A stretch of DNA of 64,000 nt from an uncultured Nitrospiraceae bacterium (GCA_963727805.1 CAVSHF010000005.1:736001-800000), one strand, 5' to 3'. Shown: positions 1-11,592, counted from the first letter of the stretch. A program made the numbers and translations. The notes: a model not told the origin generated them from the sequence alone.

Positions 1-612
1 CGCGTTTATTTCTTTTGCGTTCCTGAGCACGTTGAGCGAACGACCATAGTCAGCCTGCGGCCGGATTGCCTGATAGAGACGCTCCACAGTTTCCATATTA
101 TGATTGAAGACATCTGGCCCCGCTTCGATTACAGATCTCAGGGCATCAGCATTCCCTTTGAAATCTGGGGTAAGCACCTCAATTTTGATCGCAGGCAGAA
201 GATTCCTTAATGTCACGATGACGGTTGCAAACTGGTCCGCTCCGCCATCAGGAAGATCGTCACGAGTTACCGAGGTAATGACAACGTACTTCAAGCCCAT
301 CTCGCGGGCAGCATCAGCAATATGATCTGGCTCGTATGGATTTACATCAGCCGGAATAAGCGCGGATAATGGGTTGGACGCTACGGCGCAAAACGCGCAC
401 TTCCTTGTGCATACATCGCCAAGGATCATGAATGTGGCAGTCGGTTTAGCGAAACAGAGGTCCTTATTCGGGCACCTCGCCTCTTCGCAGACCGATAAGA
501 GACGGTGGTGCCTCAAAAGGCTCTTCGTCGTATGAATTCCCGCCGCAGAGCGAGAGGAGAGCGGTTTCTTATTCAGCCTGGTTTCAGCCTTGATCCAGTC
601 AGGTAGGCGCAT
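1..612 (-). CDS. lipA: Lipoyl synthase, 5' part (runs off the window start; not in the ORF track)
   Basis: Manual translation from the ATG at 612: MRLPDWIKAE...VCEEARCPNKDLC (CX4CX5C) ...TATFMILGDVCTRKCAFC (radical SAM CX3CX2C) ...YVVITSVTRDDLPDGGA. Confidence 0.93.
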   Translation of the reverse strand, partial: MRLPDWIKAETRLNKKPLSSRSAAGIHTTKSLLRHHRLLSVCEEARCPNKDLCFAKPTATFMILGDVCTRKCAFCAVASNPLSALIPADVNPYEPDHIADAAREMGLKYVVITSVTRDDLPDGGADQFATVIVTLRNLLPAIKIEVLTPDFKGNADALRSVIEAGPDVFNHNMETVERLYQAIRPQADYGRSLNVLRNAKEINA

Positions 613-734
613 ACGATTACATTAACTCAAAACGGGAGGATACTCAAGAAGGGGATTGAACATTTCTCTGAAGAAAGCGCTCACTACCATGAGATGCACC
701 TGAACTCCCGGCCCAATTTCGAGAAACGAAGAAC

Positions 735-760
735 AAAAAAGACCCCTCGACAGGGGCCCC
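735..760 (-). terminator. Intrinsic terminator after the csp gene
   Basis: Minus strand reads ggggcccctgtcgaggggtc followed by tttttt, immediately after the csp stop. Confidence 0.7.
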
Positions 761-764
761 TCCA

Positions 765-968
765 TTACCTTCGCACTACATCAACAGCCTTGGGCCCCTT
801 GTCATCACTGGTGATCTCGAATTGTACTCTCTGGCCCTTGGTTAACGTCTTGAAACCATCTCCCGAGATTGCAGAATAGTGCACAAAAACATCCGGTCCG
901 TTGTCTTGCTGGATGAATCCATATCCCTTGGACTCGTTGAACCACTTAACCGTTCCTTCGAATGCCAT
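765..968 (-). CDS. Cold-shock protein (CspA family)
   Basis: [19 protein letters not shown]...DVFVHYSAI (RNP1/RNP2). Start moved to the ATG at 968, which follows an AAGGAGG SD. Confidence 0.95.
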   Translation of the reverse strand: MAFEGTVKWFNESKGYGFIQQDNGPDVFVHYSAISGDGFKTLTKGQRVQFEITSDDKGPKAVDVVRR

Positions 969-1110
969 AACTGTGGATACCTCCTTACCGTCGCACATCA
1001 GGTATGCCCCAAAAGCAAAATATCGGGCCTCTCGCATTTATATACCACGCATTTAAGCCAAATGTCAAAGAGGATAAACAGTGTGAGAAGCCTCATGCTG
1101 ACAGATTATC

Positions 1111-1887
1111 TCAGAGCTTTTTCTCTCCCAATTTTGCCTCGTCCCAAAGTGCGTCCATCTCTTCGAGGGGCATGTCCGAAAGCTGACGGCCTTCGTCGGC
1201 CGCTTTCATCTCTATGTATCTGAAACGCGAGATGAATTTGGAGATCGTCTTTCTCAGTGCCTCCTCTGCATTGACGCCGACGAAACGCGAAATATTGACG
1301 AGGACGAAGAAGATGTCGCCCAGTTCGTCCTCAATCTCTTTTTTATCTTTCTTTTCGAGGGCTACTTTGAATTCTTTCAACTCCTCATCAAGCTTCCCGA
1401 ATACGTCTTCGACCTTCTCCCAATCGAATCCCACCTTTGCAGCTCGCGATTGCAGATGGTGCGCTCTAAGAAGGGAAGGTAATTCCTTCGGCACTCCTTC
1501 AAGGGCTGATTCTTTAAATTTTCCTTCTTCTTTTTTCCGGTCCTGCCATTGCTTTGTCACATCCTCAGGCGTCTCAAATTTGGCGGCGCCGAAAACATGC
1601 GGATGGCGGGACACCATCTTGCTGCTAATTCCTTCGATAACGTCATTGATGTCGAATTCTTCTTTGTCCTTCGCTATCTGCGCATGGAAAACAATCTGGA
1701 GCAGTAGGTCTCCCAGTTCTTCCTTTATCTTCACTGGGTCCGTTTCATCGATGGCCTCAATGAGTTCATACGTCTCTTCGATTAGATAGGGTTTGAGCGT
1801 CTCGCTCGTCTGCACACGGTCCCACGGGCAGCCATCCTCAGAACGGAGCCGCGTCATTATATCAACAAGCTTCTGAAAGCTCTCCAT
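1111..1887 (-). CDS. mazG: Nucleoside triphosphate pyrophosphohydrolase MazG
   Basis: LRSEDGCPWD, EETYE, EELGDLLLQIVFH, second domain EDELGDIFF. Confidence 0.95.
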   Translation of the reverse strand: MESFQKLVDIMTRLRSEDGCPWDRVQTSETLKPYLIEETYELIEAIDETDPVKIKEELGDLLLQIVFHAQIAKDKEEFDINDVIEGISSKMVSRHPHVFGAAKFETPEDVTKQWQDRKKEEGKFKESALEGVPKELPSLLRAHHLQSRAAKVGFDWEKVEDVFGKLDEELKEFKVALEKKDKKEIEDELGDIFFVLVNISRFVGVNAEEALRKTISKFISRFRYIEMKAADEGRQLSDMPLEEMDALWDEAKLGEKKL

Positions 1888-1898
1888 TATGATCGTCC

Positions 1899-2789
1899 TT
1901 ACTTCGTCAAAATTTCCAGAATCTCCCTATACCGCGCCGCTGTCTTCTGCACGATCTCATCAGGCAGTTTCGGGCCGGGGTATTTCATCTCCCAATCGAG
2001 AGTGAGCAGATAATCCCTAACAATTTGCTTATCGTAGCTATCCTGACCCTTGCCCGGTTGATAAGTCTTCATTGACCAGAATCGCGATGAGTCGGGGGTC
2101 ATGAGTTCATCGATAAGAATGAGTTCCCCGCCATAAATCCCCATCTCCATCTTCGTATCGGCGACGATAATCCCCTTCTTTTCGGCGATTTCGCGCCCTT
2201 TCCCGTACACGGCGAGCGCCACATCTCTCACCCTAGTGGCTTGAGTGTTGCCGACGATCTTTTTCATCTCTTCGAAGCTGATATTGATGTCATGCCCCTC
2301 TTTGGCTTTGGTGCTCGGGGTAAAGATCGGCTCGGCAAGGCGCGAAGATTCGACGAGACCGGCTGGAAGCGTTATGCCACAAACCATACCCTTCTGCCCG
2401 TATTCCTTCCAGCCAGACCCTGAAAGATATCCCCTCACAATGCATTCGATGGGTAAAGGCTTGGCCTTTTTGACGAGCATGCTACGGCCATCGAGGATGT
2501 CTGCGTACTTATGGAGCACCACAGGATAATCCTTCACATCGGTTGCCACAATGTGATTGTCAATGATCTTCTTCAATTGATTGAACCAGAAGATAGAAAT
2601 CTGGTTAAGGACAAACCCCTTGCCGGGTATGCCATCCGGCAAAACAACATCGAAGGCTGAGATGCGATCTGTCGTCACGATCAAGAGGTAATTACCAACC
2701 TCGTACACGTCACGCACCTTGCCGCGCCAGACGAGGCGAAGGTCGTCAAAATTTGTCTGTATCACCATACCTGCCATTGTTTCCTCCAT
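1899..2789 (-). CDS. purC: SAICAR synthase
   Basis: [44 protein letters not shown]. The true start may be the ATG at 2777. Confidence 0.95.
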   Translation of the reverse strand: MEETMAGMVIQTNFDDLRLVWRGKVRDVYEVGNYLLIVTTDRISAFDVVLPDGIPGKGFVLNQISIFWFNQLKKIIDNHIVATDVKDYPVVLHKYADILDGRSMLVKKAKPLPIECIVRGYLSGSGWKEYGQKGMVCGITLPAGLVESSRLAEPIFTPSTKAKEGHDINISFEEMKKIVGNTQATRVRDVALAVYGKGREIAEKKGIIVADTKMEMGIYGGELILIDELMTPDSSRFWSMKTYQPGKGQDSYDKQIVRDYLLTLDWEMKYPGPKLPDEIVQKTAARYREILEILTK

Positions 2790-2899
2790 AAGAATGCTTA
2801 ATTAATCGTTCATTATATCGGCTGTCCTGCCGGAAATGCAGATAATACCAAAACAGGCCTGTATCACTTGACGCAGGCCTGCCGTTCGTCTGAATGCTT

Positions 2900-3388
2900 T
2901 TAGCGTTTCAGTTTTGCGGACTCTTCTTCTAGGTTTTTCTTCATCTGAGCCCGATAGGCTTCAAGCTTTTGCGTAAATTCAGCATGTTTGATCGACAGTA
3001 TCGAGCACGCTAGATATGCAGCATTCTTTGCACCATCGATAGCAACGGTCGCAACCGGAATGCCTGGCGGCATCTGCACTGTCGCATAAAGGGCATCGAC
3101 GCCATTCAGCGCACCCGTCTTAAGTGGAACACCGATGACCGGAAGTGTCGTGTGTGCCGCAATAACACCGGCGAGATGAGCTGCCATACCGGCGCCTGCA
3201 ATGACGACTTCAATCCCGCGTCCTCTCGCCGACTTCGCGTATCCGGCTGTCTTGTCGGGGAGCCTATGCGCAGAACTAATATCTATTTCATATGGCACTC
3301 CCATCTCCCTCAAGACCTCTGCCGCCTTCTCCATAACTGGCAGGTCGCTATCGCTGCCCATAATGATGCCAACGAGTGGCTTGATCAT
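2900..3388 (-). CDS. purE: N5-CAIR mutase
   Basis: IMGSDSDL, SAHR, AGMAAHLAG, QMPPGIPVATV. Confidence 0.96.
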   Translation of the reverse strand: MIKPLVGIIMGSDSDLPVMEKAAEVLREMGVPYEIDISSAHRLPDKTAGYAKSARGRGIEVVIAGAGMAAHLAGVIAAHTTLPVIGVPLKTGALNGVDALYATVQMPPGIPVATVAIDGAKNAAYLACSILSIKHAEFTQKLEAYRAQMKKNLEEESAKLKR

Positions 3389-3412
3389 ATTAGTCCTCCT
3401 CTGAAGCGCACC

Positions 3413-4255
3413 TTATCTCTTGAATCTCATCGCTTCGAGCCGCGCAATTCTCTCCTCCATCGGGGGATGGGTGCTGAAAAGCTTCATCAGCGCCCCCCCC
3501 GAAAGCGGATTGACAATAAACATGTGTGCAGTCGCAGGATTGGCATTCATCGGTATCTGCTGCGAAGCCATCTGGAGCTTCTTGAGTGCATTTGCGAGAT
3601 AGAGAGGATTGCCGGAGATCTCTGCCCCGCCCTCATCAGCGCTATATTCCCTTGAACGCGAAATCGCCATCTGAATGAGCATAGCCGCAATGGGAGCAAC
3701 GATCATCATGACAATAGCTGCTATTGGGTTGCTGTCTTCATCATCCCTGCGGCCTCCGAAAATCATCGCCCATTGTGCCATTTGGGCAAGATAGCTGATA
3801 GCACCTGCGATCGTTGCCGCAACCGTGCTTATCAGGATGTCCCTGTGTTTGACATGGGCGAGTTCATGGGCGAGAACCCCTTCAAGTTCCTCTCTCGAAA
3901 GAATACGCAATATGCCGGTCGTCGCAGCAACAGCAGCATGCTCCGGATTTCTGCCTGTCGCAAAAGCATTAGGCTGGTCTTCGTCAACCATATAAACTTT
4001 CGGCATCGGAAGGCCCGCCTTCTGTGCAAGCCTTCTGACGATACTGTACAATTCGGGAGCCTCAGACTCGGTCACCTGTCGTGCACTATACATACGAAGT
4101 ACGATTTTATCACTAAACCAGTAAGTAATAAAATTTATACCAAAGGCCATGATAAGGGCAAAGGTCATGCCGGTCCTGCCACCCAGAGCACCTCCAATCG
4201 CTATCAGCATGACGGTGAGAAAGACCATTAGTAACATTGTCTTCAGCATATTCAT
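3413..4255 (-). CDS. htpX: Zinc metalloprotease HtpX
   Basis: [30 protein letters not shown]. Confidence 0.95.
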   Translation of the reverse strand: MNMLKTMLLMVFLTVMLIAIGGALGGRTGMTFALIMAFGINFITYWFSDKIVLRMYSARQVTESEAPELYSIVRRLAQKAGLPMPKVYMVDEDQPNAFATGRNPEHAAVAATTGILRILSREELEGVLAHELAHVKHRDILISTVAATIAGAISYLAQMAQWAMIFGGRRDDEDSNPIAAIVMMIVAPIAAMLIQMAISRSREYSADEGGAEISGNPLYLANALKKLQMASQQIPMNANPATAHMFIVNPLSGGALMKLFSTHPPMEERIARLEAMRFKR

Positions 4256-4371
4256 GATTTACCTCCTTTAACTACCATTAAAAAAACCCTTACCACGCTA
4301 TCGCCGCATGATAAAGGTAGCAATACTTTAAGATTATCCAAAAAGGAAAGTTAATGTCAACTGAATGAAGT

Positions 4372-4446
4372 TGGAGGCGACGAGCGGATTCGAACCGCTG
4401 GATCGAGGTTTTGCAGACCTCTCCCTTGCCACTTGGGTACGTCGCC
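4372..4446 (-). tRNA. tRNA-Cys(GCA)
   Basis: Reverse complement GGCGACG...anticodon loop CTGCAAA...GGTTCGAATCC...CGTCGCCTCCA; folds as a cloverleaf, CCA encoded. Confidence 0.95.
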
Positions 4447-4552
4447 GAAAAGCTTAATCCGTAAGGCGCAATCCTTAAAAAGAAATGCAATCCGTAATCA
4501 GTTCGGCGTCCCTAACGCTTAACAGATTACGGATCACGTTTTACGGTTTTAA

Positions 4553-4628
4553 TGGAGCGGGCGACGGGATTCGGACCCGCGACCCCAACCTTGGCAAGGT
4601 TGTGCTCTACCAGCTGAGCTACACCCGC
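4553..4628 (-). tRNA. tRNA-Gly(GCC) with a variant T-loop (TCCGAAT)
   Basis: Reverse complement GCGGGTGTAGCTCAGCTGGTAGAGC...TTGCCAA...CGCCCGCTCCA. Confidence 0.93.
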
Positions 4629-4771
4629 ATGGATAACCGCCTTACCCCCGGGATTCTGCGATTGAACTCCCGTACAACGGTGTTAAAAAAGTTATCATAA
4701 TATCGCCGGTTATGTCAATCATCGGCAGCTTCAAATTGCCAAAAGAGACCCTCATTCTATAAAATATTTAA

Positions 4772-6310
4772 ATGAATATCAACTATGGAGAATTCAGGGC
4801 GCTGGCCGAGAAAGCGAATGTCATTCCCCTGTATAAAAATATTCTTTGCGATACCGAAACACCAGTCAGTGCCCTTCTGAAATTGAACAAAAAACCAGCA
4901 TTGCTCCTAGAAAGCGTCGTGGGCGGTGAAAAATGGGCGAGATACTCTTTCATTTGTGTCGATCCCTCGCTGACTATTACCGGCCGTGGCAAAAAGATCG
5001 AGCTATCGAACGGCAGCGACAGTATCTCGTTCACTGCCGATAACCCACTCACCATCGTCAAGGACATACTTCGACAGTTCCGTCCTGTAGAACTGCCTGA
5101 ACTGCCGCGTTTCTCCGGCGGTTTTGTCGGATACCTCGCTTATGACGTTGTCCGGGCGTTTGAGCGTCTTCCGTACCGAAAAAAAACGGGCGTAAATGTT
5201 CCTGACACACTGCTGATGCTGTTCGATACGATCCTAATCTTCGACAACCTCAGACAGACCCTTTCTATCTTGTCCAACGTGCATACCAGTAGCGATATAT
5301 CGCTGCGCGGCAAAACACTTTTCCCTTTCAGAAACAAGCGTGATACCAAAGTACTGTATCAGGATGCCTGCAAAAAAATAGATCGTATTGCCACTGCATT
5401 GCAAAAAAAGTGTGTACTAAAGGCTCCGCTGATCATGCCGCAGGGTACCGAAACAGCACCCCGGCCGGAGGCAACGTCCTTCAAATCGACTTTCAGGAAG
5501 ACTGACTTCCTCACTGCCGTCGAAAAGGCACGCGAATACGTGCATGCGGGCGATGTCGTGCAAGTAGTCATCTCCCAGCGGTTCGAGCGGCCGAGCACAG
5601 TACATCCATTCACTGTTTATCGCGCGCTTCGCGTAATCAATCCTTCCCCTTACATGTTTTACTTCGACATAGGCGATGCTCACATTGTCGGCTCGTCGCC
5701 CGAGATACTCGTCAGGCTCGATGGAGATAAGGTCACTGTTCGGCCGATCGCCGGCACACGCCGGAGGGGCAAGACTGAAGAGGAAGACAAGGCACTTGAA
5801 GCCGACATGAAGAACGACCCGAAGGAGCGCTCCGAGCATATAATGCTCGTGGATCTCGGACGAAACGATGTCGGACGGGTAGCAGAAATCGGTTCAGTTA
5901 AGGTCACCGACCTCATGATCACCGAATTCTACAGCCATGTAATGCACCTGGTCTCGAACGTTGAAGGCACACTCAAAAAGGGGCTCGACGCTTTTGATGT
6001 CTTCCACGCTTGCTTTCCTGCCGGAACTGTCTCCGGGGCGCCAAAAGTGCGAGCCATGGAGATCATCGAAGAGCTTGAGCCGACCAAACGCGGCGTATAT
6101 GCGGGCGCGGTGGGCTATTTCAGCTACTCAGGCAACATGGATACCTGCATAGCAATCAGGACACTCGTGATCAAGGACGGTAAGGTCTATTTACAGACCG
6201 GGGCCGGTATTGTTGCAGACTCAGTGCCTGAAAACGAATACTGGGAGTCAGTGAACAAGGCGATGGCGATGATGACCGCCGTCGAATTCGTGGAGAGAAA
6301 GAAGAGATAG
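4772..6310 (+). CDS. trpE: Anthranilate synthase component I
   Basis: [55 protein letters not shown]. Confidence 0.95.
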   Translation: MNINYGEFRALAEKANVIPLYKNILCDTETPVSALLKLNKKPALLLESVVGGEKWARYSFICVDPSLTITGRGKKIELSNGSDSISFTADNPLTIVKDILRQFRPVELPELPRFSGGFVGYLAYDVVRAFERLPYRKKTGVNVPDTLLMLFDTILIFDNLRQTLSILSNVHTSSDISLRGKTLFPFRNKRDTKVLYQDACKKIDRIATALQKKCVLKAPLIMPQGTETAPRPEATSFKSTFRKTDFLTAVEKAREYVHAGDVVQVVISQRFERPSTVHPFTVYRALRVINPSPYMFYFDIGDAHIVGSSPEILVRLDGDKVTVRPIAGTRRRGKTEEEDKALEADMKNDPKERSEHIMLVDLGRNDVGRVAEIGSVKVTDLMITEFYSHVMHLVSNVEGTLKKGLDAFDVFHACFPAGTVSGAPKVRAMEIIEELEPTKRGVYAGAVGYFSYSGNMDTCIAIRTLVIKDGKVYLQTGAGIVADSVPENEYWESVNKAMAMMTAVEFVERKKR

Positions 6311-6312
6311 CC

Positions 6313-6900
6313 ATGCTTTTAATGATCGATAACTACGATTCCTTTACGTACAACCTAGTTCAGTACTTGGGCGAACTAGGAGAAGATATTCGCGTCTTCA
6401 GAAATGACAAGATTACGGTCCGTGAGATCGATGAGATGAAGCCCCAAAGGATCGTCATTTCGCCCGGCCCCTGCACGCCGAAGGAGGCTGGCATTTCCAT
6501 AGAGACGATCAGGCATTTCGGCGGGAAGATACCGATACTCGGAGTATGCCTCGGACATCAATCAATCGGTGCAGCCTTCGGAGGAGAGATAATCCGGGCG
6601 CCCTATCTCATGCATGGCAAAACATCCCTCATCCATCACGACGGTAAAACGCTCTTCGAGGGACTGATCAATCCCTTCGAGGCGACAAGATATCACTCAC
6701 TTGTCATCAGGCGCGAGACTTTGCCTGACTGCCTCGAAATTAGTGCCTGGACAGAGGCCGAAGGAGTCACAGGGATCATCATGGGTGTACGACACAAACA
6801 ATTTCTCATCGAAGGGGTCCAGTTCCACCCTGAATCGATCCTAACCGCGGTAGGGAAAGACCTTCTCCGAAACTTCATACGCATCAGCTGCGGGCCATGA
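6313..6900 (+). CDS. trpG: Anthranilate synthase component II (glutamine amidotransferase)
   Basis: [27 protein letters not shown]; lies between trpE and trpD. Confidence 0.92.
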   Translation: MLLMIDNYDSFTYNLVQYLGELGEDIRVFRNDKITVREIDEMKPQRIVISPGPCTPKEAGISIETIRHFGGKIPILGVCLGHQSIGAAFGGEIIRAPYLMHGKTSLIHHDGKTLFEGLINPFEATRYHSLVIRRETLPDCLEISAWTEAEGVTGIIMGVRHKQFLIEGVQFHPESILTAVGKDLLRNFIRISCGP

Positions 6901-7907
6901 TACGGGAAGCGATCAACCTCATTATTCAAAATATCAGCCTCTCAGAAGCTGAAATGGCCGAATGCATGAGCGAGATAATGGAAGGCCGGGCTACCGATGC
7001 CCAGATCGGCGCCTTTCTCACGGCACTGCGAATAAAAGGTGAGACGGTCGAAGAGATCTCCGGTGCTGTGCGCATAATGCGCGAAAAAGCGACAAAAATT
7101 AAGGCACCCCAGGGCGTTGTCGATACCTGCGGCACTGGGGGTGACATGTCGAATACCTTCAACATCTCGACCACGTCGGCTATTGTCGTTTCAGCTGCCG
7201 GTGTGCCTGTCGCCAAACACGGCAATCGTTCCGTATCGAGCAATTCAGGTAGCGCCGATGTCCTCGAAGCCTTGGGATTGAAAATCGACTTAACGCCGGA
7301 AAAGGTTGAGAAATGCCTTTTCGAGACTAACTTTGGCTTCCTTTTCGCTCCTGTCTTCCATCCGGCGATGAAGTTCGCTATAGGGCCGCGCAGGGAGATC
7401 GGCATACGCACCATATTCAACATTCTTGGCCCCCTCACTAATCCGGCTGTTGCACAGAGGCAGGTCATGGGCGTATTCGCGTCAAAGTTGACCGAGCCGC
7501 TTGCTCAGGTCCTTGGAAATCTCGGGGCTCTCGACTGCATGGTAGTTCACGGAGAAGACGGGCTCGACGAGATTACGACGTGCGACGGGACAAAGATATC
7601 CCGGTATCGCAATGGCGTTGTTGATACCTTTTACATAACACCCGAAGACTTCGGATATAAAAAACACAATCGCTCTTTCCTGCTCGGCGGCAGCAAGGAG
7701 GTCAATGCTCAGATTAGCCTGTCGATATTGAATGGCGAGAAAGGTCCGAAGCGCGAGATCGTGCTCATGAATGCCGCTGCGGCACTCATGGTCGCCGGAA
7801 AAGCCGAAGATTTTGTCACGGCGATGGATATTGCCGCTGAAACAATCGATTCAAACAAAGCTTTAGAGAAGCTGGAAGAGATCAAACGCGCAACAAATTC
7901 CTTCTAG
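6897..7907 (+). CDS. trpD: Anthranilate phosphoribosyltransferase
   Basis: [26 protein letters not shown]. Confidence 0.96.
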   Translation: MIREAINLIIQNISLSEAEMAECMSEIMEGRATDAQIGAFLTALRIKGETVEEISGAVRIMREKATKIKAPQGVVDTCGTGGDMSNTFNISTTSAIVVSAAGVPVAKHGNRSVSSNSGSADVLEALGLKIDLTPEKVEKCLFETNFGFLFAPVFHPAMKFAIGPRREIGIRTIFNILGPLTNPAVAQRQVMGVFASKLTEPLAQVLGNLGALDCMVVHGEDGLDEITTCDGTKISRYRNGVVDTFYITPEDFGYKKHNRSFLLGGSKEVNAQISLSILNGEKGPKREIVLMNAAAALMVAGKAEDFVTAMDIAAETIDSNKALEKLEEIKRATNSF

Positions 7908-7995
7908 CGCAGAGGCGTTGAAGGTTCACAAAACTAACATCCATAATTTTCGAAGGTTGAATCTTCCTATCTACCGCTGTTAGGTGCTGCTGAAC

Positions 7996-8667
7996 TTATC
8001 TCATTGAGTATCCAGGGGGCAAGTCCCGTGCTGTCGATGCGGCGTATTGCATGAATATTCTGCCGATATCAGCAGTATCGTCCACAACATGAAATATCTT
8101 TGTGTCTTCCATGCCAAGTGCACCACGCTGCACAAGAGTACTCTCCATCCAATCGACAAGCCCCTGCCAGTAGGACTTCCCGTACAGCACGATCGGGAAC
8201 CCCTCTATTTTTTTAGTCTGGACCAGTGTCAACGCCTCGAAAAGTTCATCCATCGTGCCGAAACCGCCGGGGAAAATCACAAACCCGATCGAGTATTTAA
8301 TGAACATCAGCTTCCTGACAAAGAAGTATCGGAACGACAAACTAATATCAAGATACTTATTGGGATACTGCTCCTGGGGAAGCGTGATATTTAGTCCGAC
8401 CGATTTACCTCTTCCCATCTTCGCACCTTTGCTCGCCGCCTCCATAATGCCCGGTCCACCGCCGGTAATGATTCCAAACCCAGCCTCTGAAAGCATGGCG
8501 CAGACTTTTACCGCGTCATGATAGAAATCGGAGCGCTCGTTAAAGCGCGCGCCTCCAAAAATACCGATTGCAGGACCGAGATCGAAAAGGGTCTCGAAAC
8601 CTTCGACCAATTCCGACTGTATCCTGAAGACCCTCCACGTTTCTGAATGTCTCAAGTCTTCTATCAT
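7996..8667 (-). CDS. LOG-family (TIGR00730-like) nucleotide phosphoribohydrolase
   Basis: TGGGPGIMEA, FFVRK, PGGFGTMDELFE. Confidence 0.9.
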   Translation of the reverse strand: MIEDLRHSETWRVFRIQSELVEGFETLFDLGPAIGIFGGARFNERSDFYHDAVKVCAMLSEAGFGIITGGGPGIMEAASKGAKMGRGKSVGLNITLPQEQYPNKYLDISLSFRYFFVRKLMFIKYSIGFVIFPGGFGTMDELFEALTLVQTKKIEGFPIVLYGKSYWQGLVDWMESTLVQRGALGMEDTKIFHVVDDTADIGRIFMQYAASTARDLPPGYSMR

Positions 8668-10136
8668 AAGGACCTCCTCTGTTTACCTTCCCCCTCGTCA
8701 TCAAACTCGATGGCGAGGTGCTCAGCCGACTTCGTTGTCTGGCCTATCTCTTCAGGGGAAACGATCTCCTTGGCACTCGACACGCCAAGTTCCTTGAACT
8801 TTCTGATGGACGGTATCAACCGTGACTCCATCGACCTGACCCCTTCATTGTATGACTCCACAGCCTTCCGCATCGCAGCGCCGGTCTTCGAAAAATGTTC
8901 GATCACAATCGAGAACCTTTCGTAGAGCTCTTTGCCAAGCTTGTTAATCTCCTGGGCGCTCTTAGTGATCTGCTCCTGCTGCCAGCCGTAAGCAACAGCT
9001 TTCAATAGTGCTATAAAGGTAGTGGGGGTGGCGAGAATAACCTTCTTGATACTGCCGTCTTCGATGAGTTTGGGATCGTGCTCTAGCGCCGCACTGAAAA
9101 AAGATTCTCCAGGCAGATACATGACGACAAGTTCTGGCGATTGAGGGAACTGGTCCCAGTAGGATTTTGAACTGAGAGCGTTCATATGATTCCTTATCTG
9201 CAGAATGTAGTTTGCGATACCTTTTTTCCGTTCCTCTTCCGTAGGCACAGAAAGGGCGTTAAGATACGCATCGACCGGTGCCTTTGCGTCAACAACGATT
9301 TCCCGGCCATTGGGCAACCTTACTATCATATCGGGACGGAGTTTACCCATTTCCACCGATACTGATTCCTGCTCATAAAAATCGCAATAGGCGGTCATTC
9401 CTGCGAGTTCAGCAACCCTCCGCAGACCAATCTCTCCCCATGAGCCGCTGACCTTCGGCCTCCTGAGAACTGTCACGAGGTTCTTGGTTTCTTGCTGGAG
9501 CCGATCCTGCATGGACGAGAGAGACCTGATCTGCTCCGAGAGGCTACCGAAAGACTTATGCCTGCTCTCCTCACTCTCCTTGATCTGCTGCTCGTATCTC
9601 TTCAGCAGTTCCTGGAGTGGTTTGACGGTAGCATCTATCGCTGCGTGGTGCTCGCCGAGCTTGCCCTTCGTATCGATCACGACCTTGCCCAAATGCTCGG
9701 ACGCGAGCCTCAGAAAATCTTCGCTGCTGCTCTTCAACGCCGCTGCTGAGAGGGCGTTGAAAGTATCCGTCATCTCTTTTTTCATCACTTCGAGGAGGGC
9801 CTTCTGCTCATCGAGATTTCTATAGGAATCCTCAAGCCTCTTGTATGATTCATCAAGCCGTGTCGATGTCTCTATCCGCTGCTGCCGCTCACTGTCGAGC
9901 TCCGACCTGAGCTGACCCTTCTCCGAATCAGCCTCCAGCAACTGACGGCGCAACTCGGTCACCAGTGCCTCGGCGCCCTGCGCCCTGCCCTCGATCTCCC
10001 TGAGTTGCATGGCATGGCGGGCCTGCATGTCAGAGACTTCCTTTGCCGAAATTATTTTGAACCGTGATGAAAGGATGAGATAGATTATGGCGGCACCGAA
10101 TGCTGCACCGATAAGAATAAAAAATGTTTCAGTCAT
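8664..10136 (-). CDS. rmuC: DNA recombination protein RmuC
   Basis: N-terminal TM helix, long coiled coil, GSWGE, RPDMIVRLP, VDAKAP, SKSYW, ATPTT. Confidence 0.92.
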   Translation of the reverse strand: MTETFFILIGAAFGAAIIYLILSSRFKIISAKEVSDMQARHAMQLREIEGRAQGAEALVTELRRQLLEADSEKGQLRSELDSERQQRIETSTRLDESYKRLEDSYRNLDEQKALLEVMKKEMTDTFNALSAAALKSSSEDFLRLASEHLGKVVIDTKGKLGEHHAAIDATVKPLQELLKRYEQQIKESEESRHKSFGSLSEQIRSLSSMQDRLQQETKNLVTVLRRPKVSGSWGEIGLRRVAELAGMTAYCDFYEQESVSVEMGKLRPDMIVRLPNGREIVVDAKAPVDAYLNALSVPTEEERKKGIANYILQIRNHMNALSSKSYWDQFPQSPELVVMYLPGESFFSAALEHDPKLIEDGSIKKVILATPTTFIALLKAVAYGWQQEQITKSAQEINKLGKELYERFSIVIEHFSKTGAAMRKAVESYNEGVRSMESRLIPSIRKFKELGVSSAKEIVSPEEIGQTTKSAEHLAIEFDDEGEGKQRRSL

Positions 10137-10139
10137 CGT

Positions 10140-10511
10140 TTACTCATCGGCAAATTCGGTGCGCACAAGTGCGAGTATAGCGGAATGAGGAACTATGTGG
10201 TATTTTTTCCCCTCAAATTCTATCTCCACAGCCGCATCTCTGAGAAAAATAGCGTAATCTCCCTCCATCGCTTGCAGAGGGATGTATTTAAGGTCCTCTC
10301 TCTTCTTGGTTGACCAGGGTTCATCGACCACCGCGTTGGGATCACTCACCGGATAGCCCGGCCCCACCTTGACGATATATCCTCCCTGGACTTTCTCCTT
10401 TTCTTTCACCGTCGGTGGAAGATAAAGTCCCGTCGACGTCCGTTCCTTACTCTCGTCAAGCTCTACAAGCACCCTGTCACCTATGACGATCAATTTCTTA
10501 GTTGCTTTCAT
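10140..10511 (-). CDS. Orphan GroES/Cpn10-family co-chaperonin with an extended roof region
   Basis: GDRVLV, TSTGLYLP mobile loop, VGPG, EIEFEGKKY; 123 aa. Confidence 0.85.
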   Translation of the reverse strand: MKATKKLIVIGDRVLVELDESKERTSTGLYLPPTVKEKEKVQGGYIVKVGPGYPVSDPNAVVDEPWSTKKREDLKYIPLQAMEGDYAIFLRDAAVEIEFEGKKYHIVPHSAILALVRTEFADE

Positions 10512-10622
10512 GAAACTTATTTTATACTATTTCAACAGGAGAGATAAAACTTTATGTCTGTCCTTCAGACGTGGTATCTTAAATAAGTATATTTTTAGAT
10601 AAAATCAAACGATGCAGATATT

Positions 10623-10868
10623 ATGAAGGAAACAAAATATTTACTTTTACTTGGCATTTTGGCAGCCACCGGAGCCACAGCGGGCATCCTCGCGAACCGT
10701 AAAAAGCCTGAACTCGGCAGCCTCCTTGGAGCAGTGGCAGGGGTCGCTGCTGCTACTCTCGTTACTTTCGCCTACAAAGGCCTGAAGGAACAAGTGGATA
10801 GCGGAATAGATTATTACTCAGAGACCTCTCCCCTCTATCAAGACTTCGACGATATCGAAGTGGAATAG
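10623..10868 (+). CDS. Small hypothetical membrane protein
   Basis: 81 aa with two Gly/Ala-rich hydrophobic segments and an acidic tail. Confidence 0.6.
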   Translation: MKETKYLLLLGILAATGATAGILANRKKPELGSLLGAVAGVAAATLVTFAYKGLKEQVDSGIDYYSETSPLYQDFDDIEVE

Positions 10869-10968
10869 TACGGATTAGCTGGTCATGTTAGACTGTGCCA
10901 CGTAAGACAATATTAACCCCACTTTCCTATTTAAGAGGTCATGCAGAGCGCTTATTGGCGAGAAAGAG

Positions 10969-11592
10969 TTAGTCCAGATATCTGACTTTCATTTCAAAGG
11001 GTTCCTTCTGGGGGCCGCTGCCTGACCTCGCTGCATAGCCGACAGGCACCACGGCCATAAACTCACCGGCGGGCTCTCCGAGAAACTGCAGCACTTCATT
11101 CTTGATGAGGAAAAGTATGCCGAGCCAGACTGTTGCAAGGCCGACTGACGTTGCTGCAAGGAGCATATTTTCAACAGCGGCTGCGGAACTCTGTATCTCC
11201 ATGGTCCTAAAAAAGTCATTGGCCATCTCCTTATCGACCCTGAAGAGTTCAGTACCGTGCGCGATGAGACCTCCAGTGTTGGCAACAGCTATGACAACAG
11301 GTGCGGTTGCAATGCTTCGCGCCGCCATCCTAAGGAGGGTCGATGCAGGTCGAGGAAACCCATCGGACCTTGTAGTAACCATATCGGAAAGCTCCTGTTT
11401 TTTCTGGCCTCTCAGGACGATGAAACGCCAAGATTGCTGATTGTGGGCCGAAGGGGCTTCATTCGCAGCCTCAAGGAGGACGGCAATCTGCCCGTCGTAA
11501 ACCTCTTCCTTCGTAAAGACACGGATACTCCTGCGGTTTTTGATAGTCTGAAGGGTTTCGTTCATTGGCAAACAAGACTTATTCGATTTCAT
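10969..11592 (-). CDS. Nitroreductase-family protein
   Basis: RRSIRVF, APSAHNQQSW, AAVENMLLAA, VPVGY. Confidence 0.92.
   Translation of the reverse strand: MKSNKSCLPMNETLQTIKNRRSIRVFTKEEVYDGQIAVLLEAANEAPSAHNQQSWRFIVLRGQKKQELSDMVTTRSDGFPRPASTLLRMAARSIATAPVVIAVANTGGLIAHGTELFRVDKEMANDFFRTMEIQSSAAAVENMLLAATSVGLATVWLGILFLIKNEVLQFLGEPAGEFMAVVPVGYAARSGSGPQKEPFEMKVRYLD

Noticed and set aside
4490..4534. 10-bp inverted repeat between tRNA-Gly and tRNA-Cys
   Set aside because: Probably an ordinary spacer or processing hairpin; no evidence of an independent element.
4290..4700. 66-aa and 71-aa ORFs
   Set aside because: They overlap the tRNA genes and are spurious.
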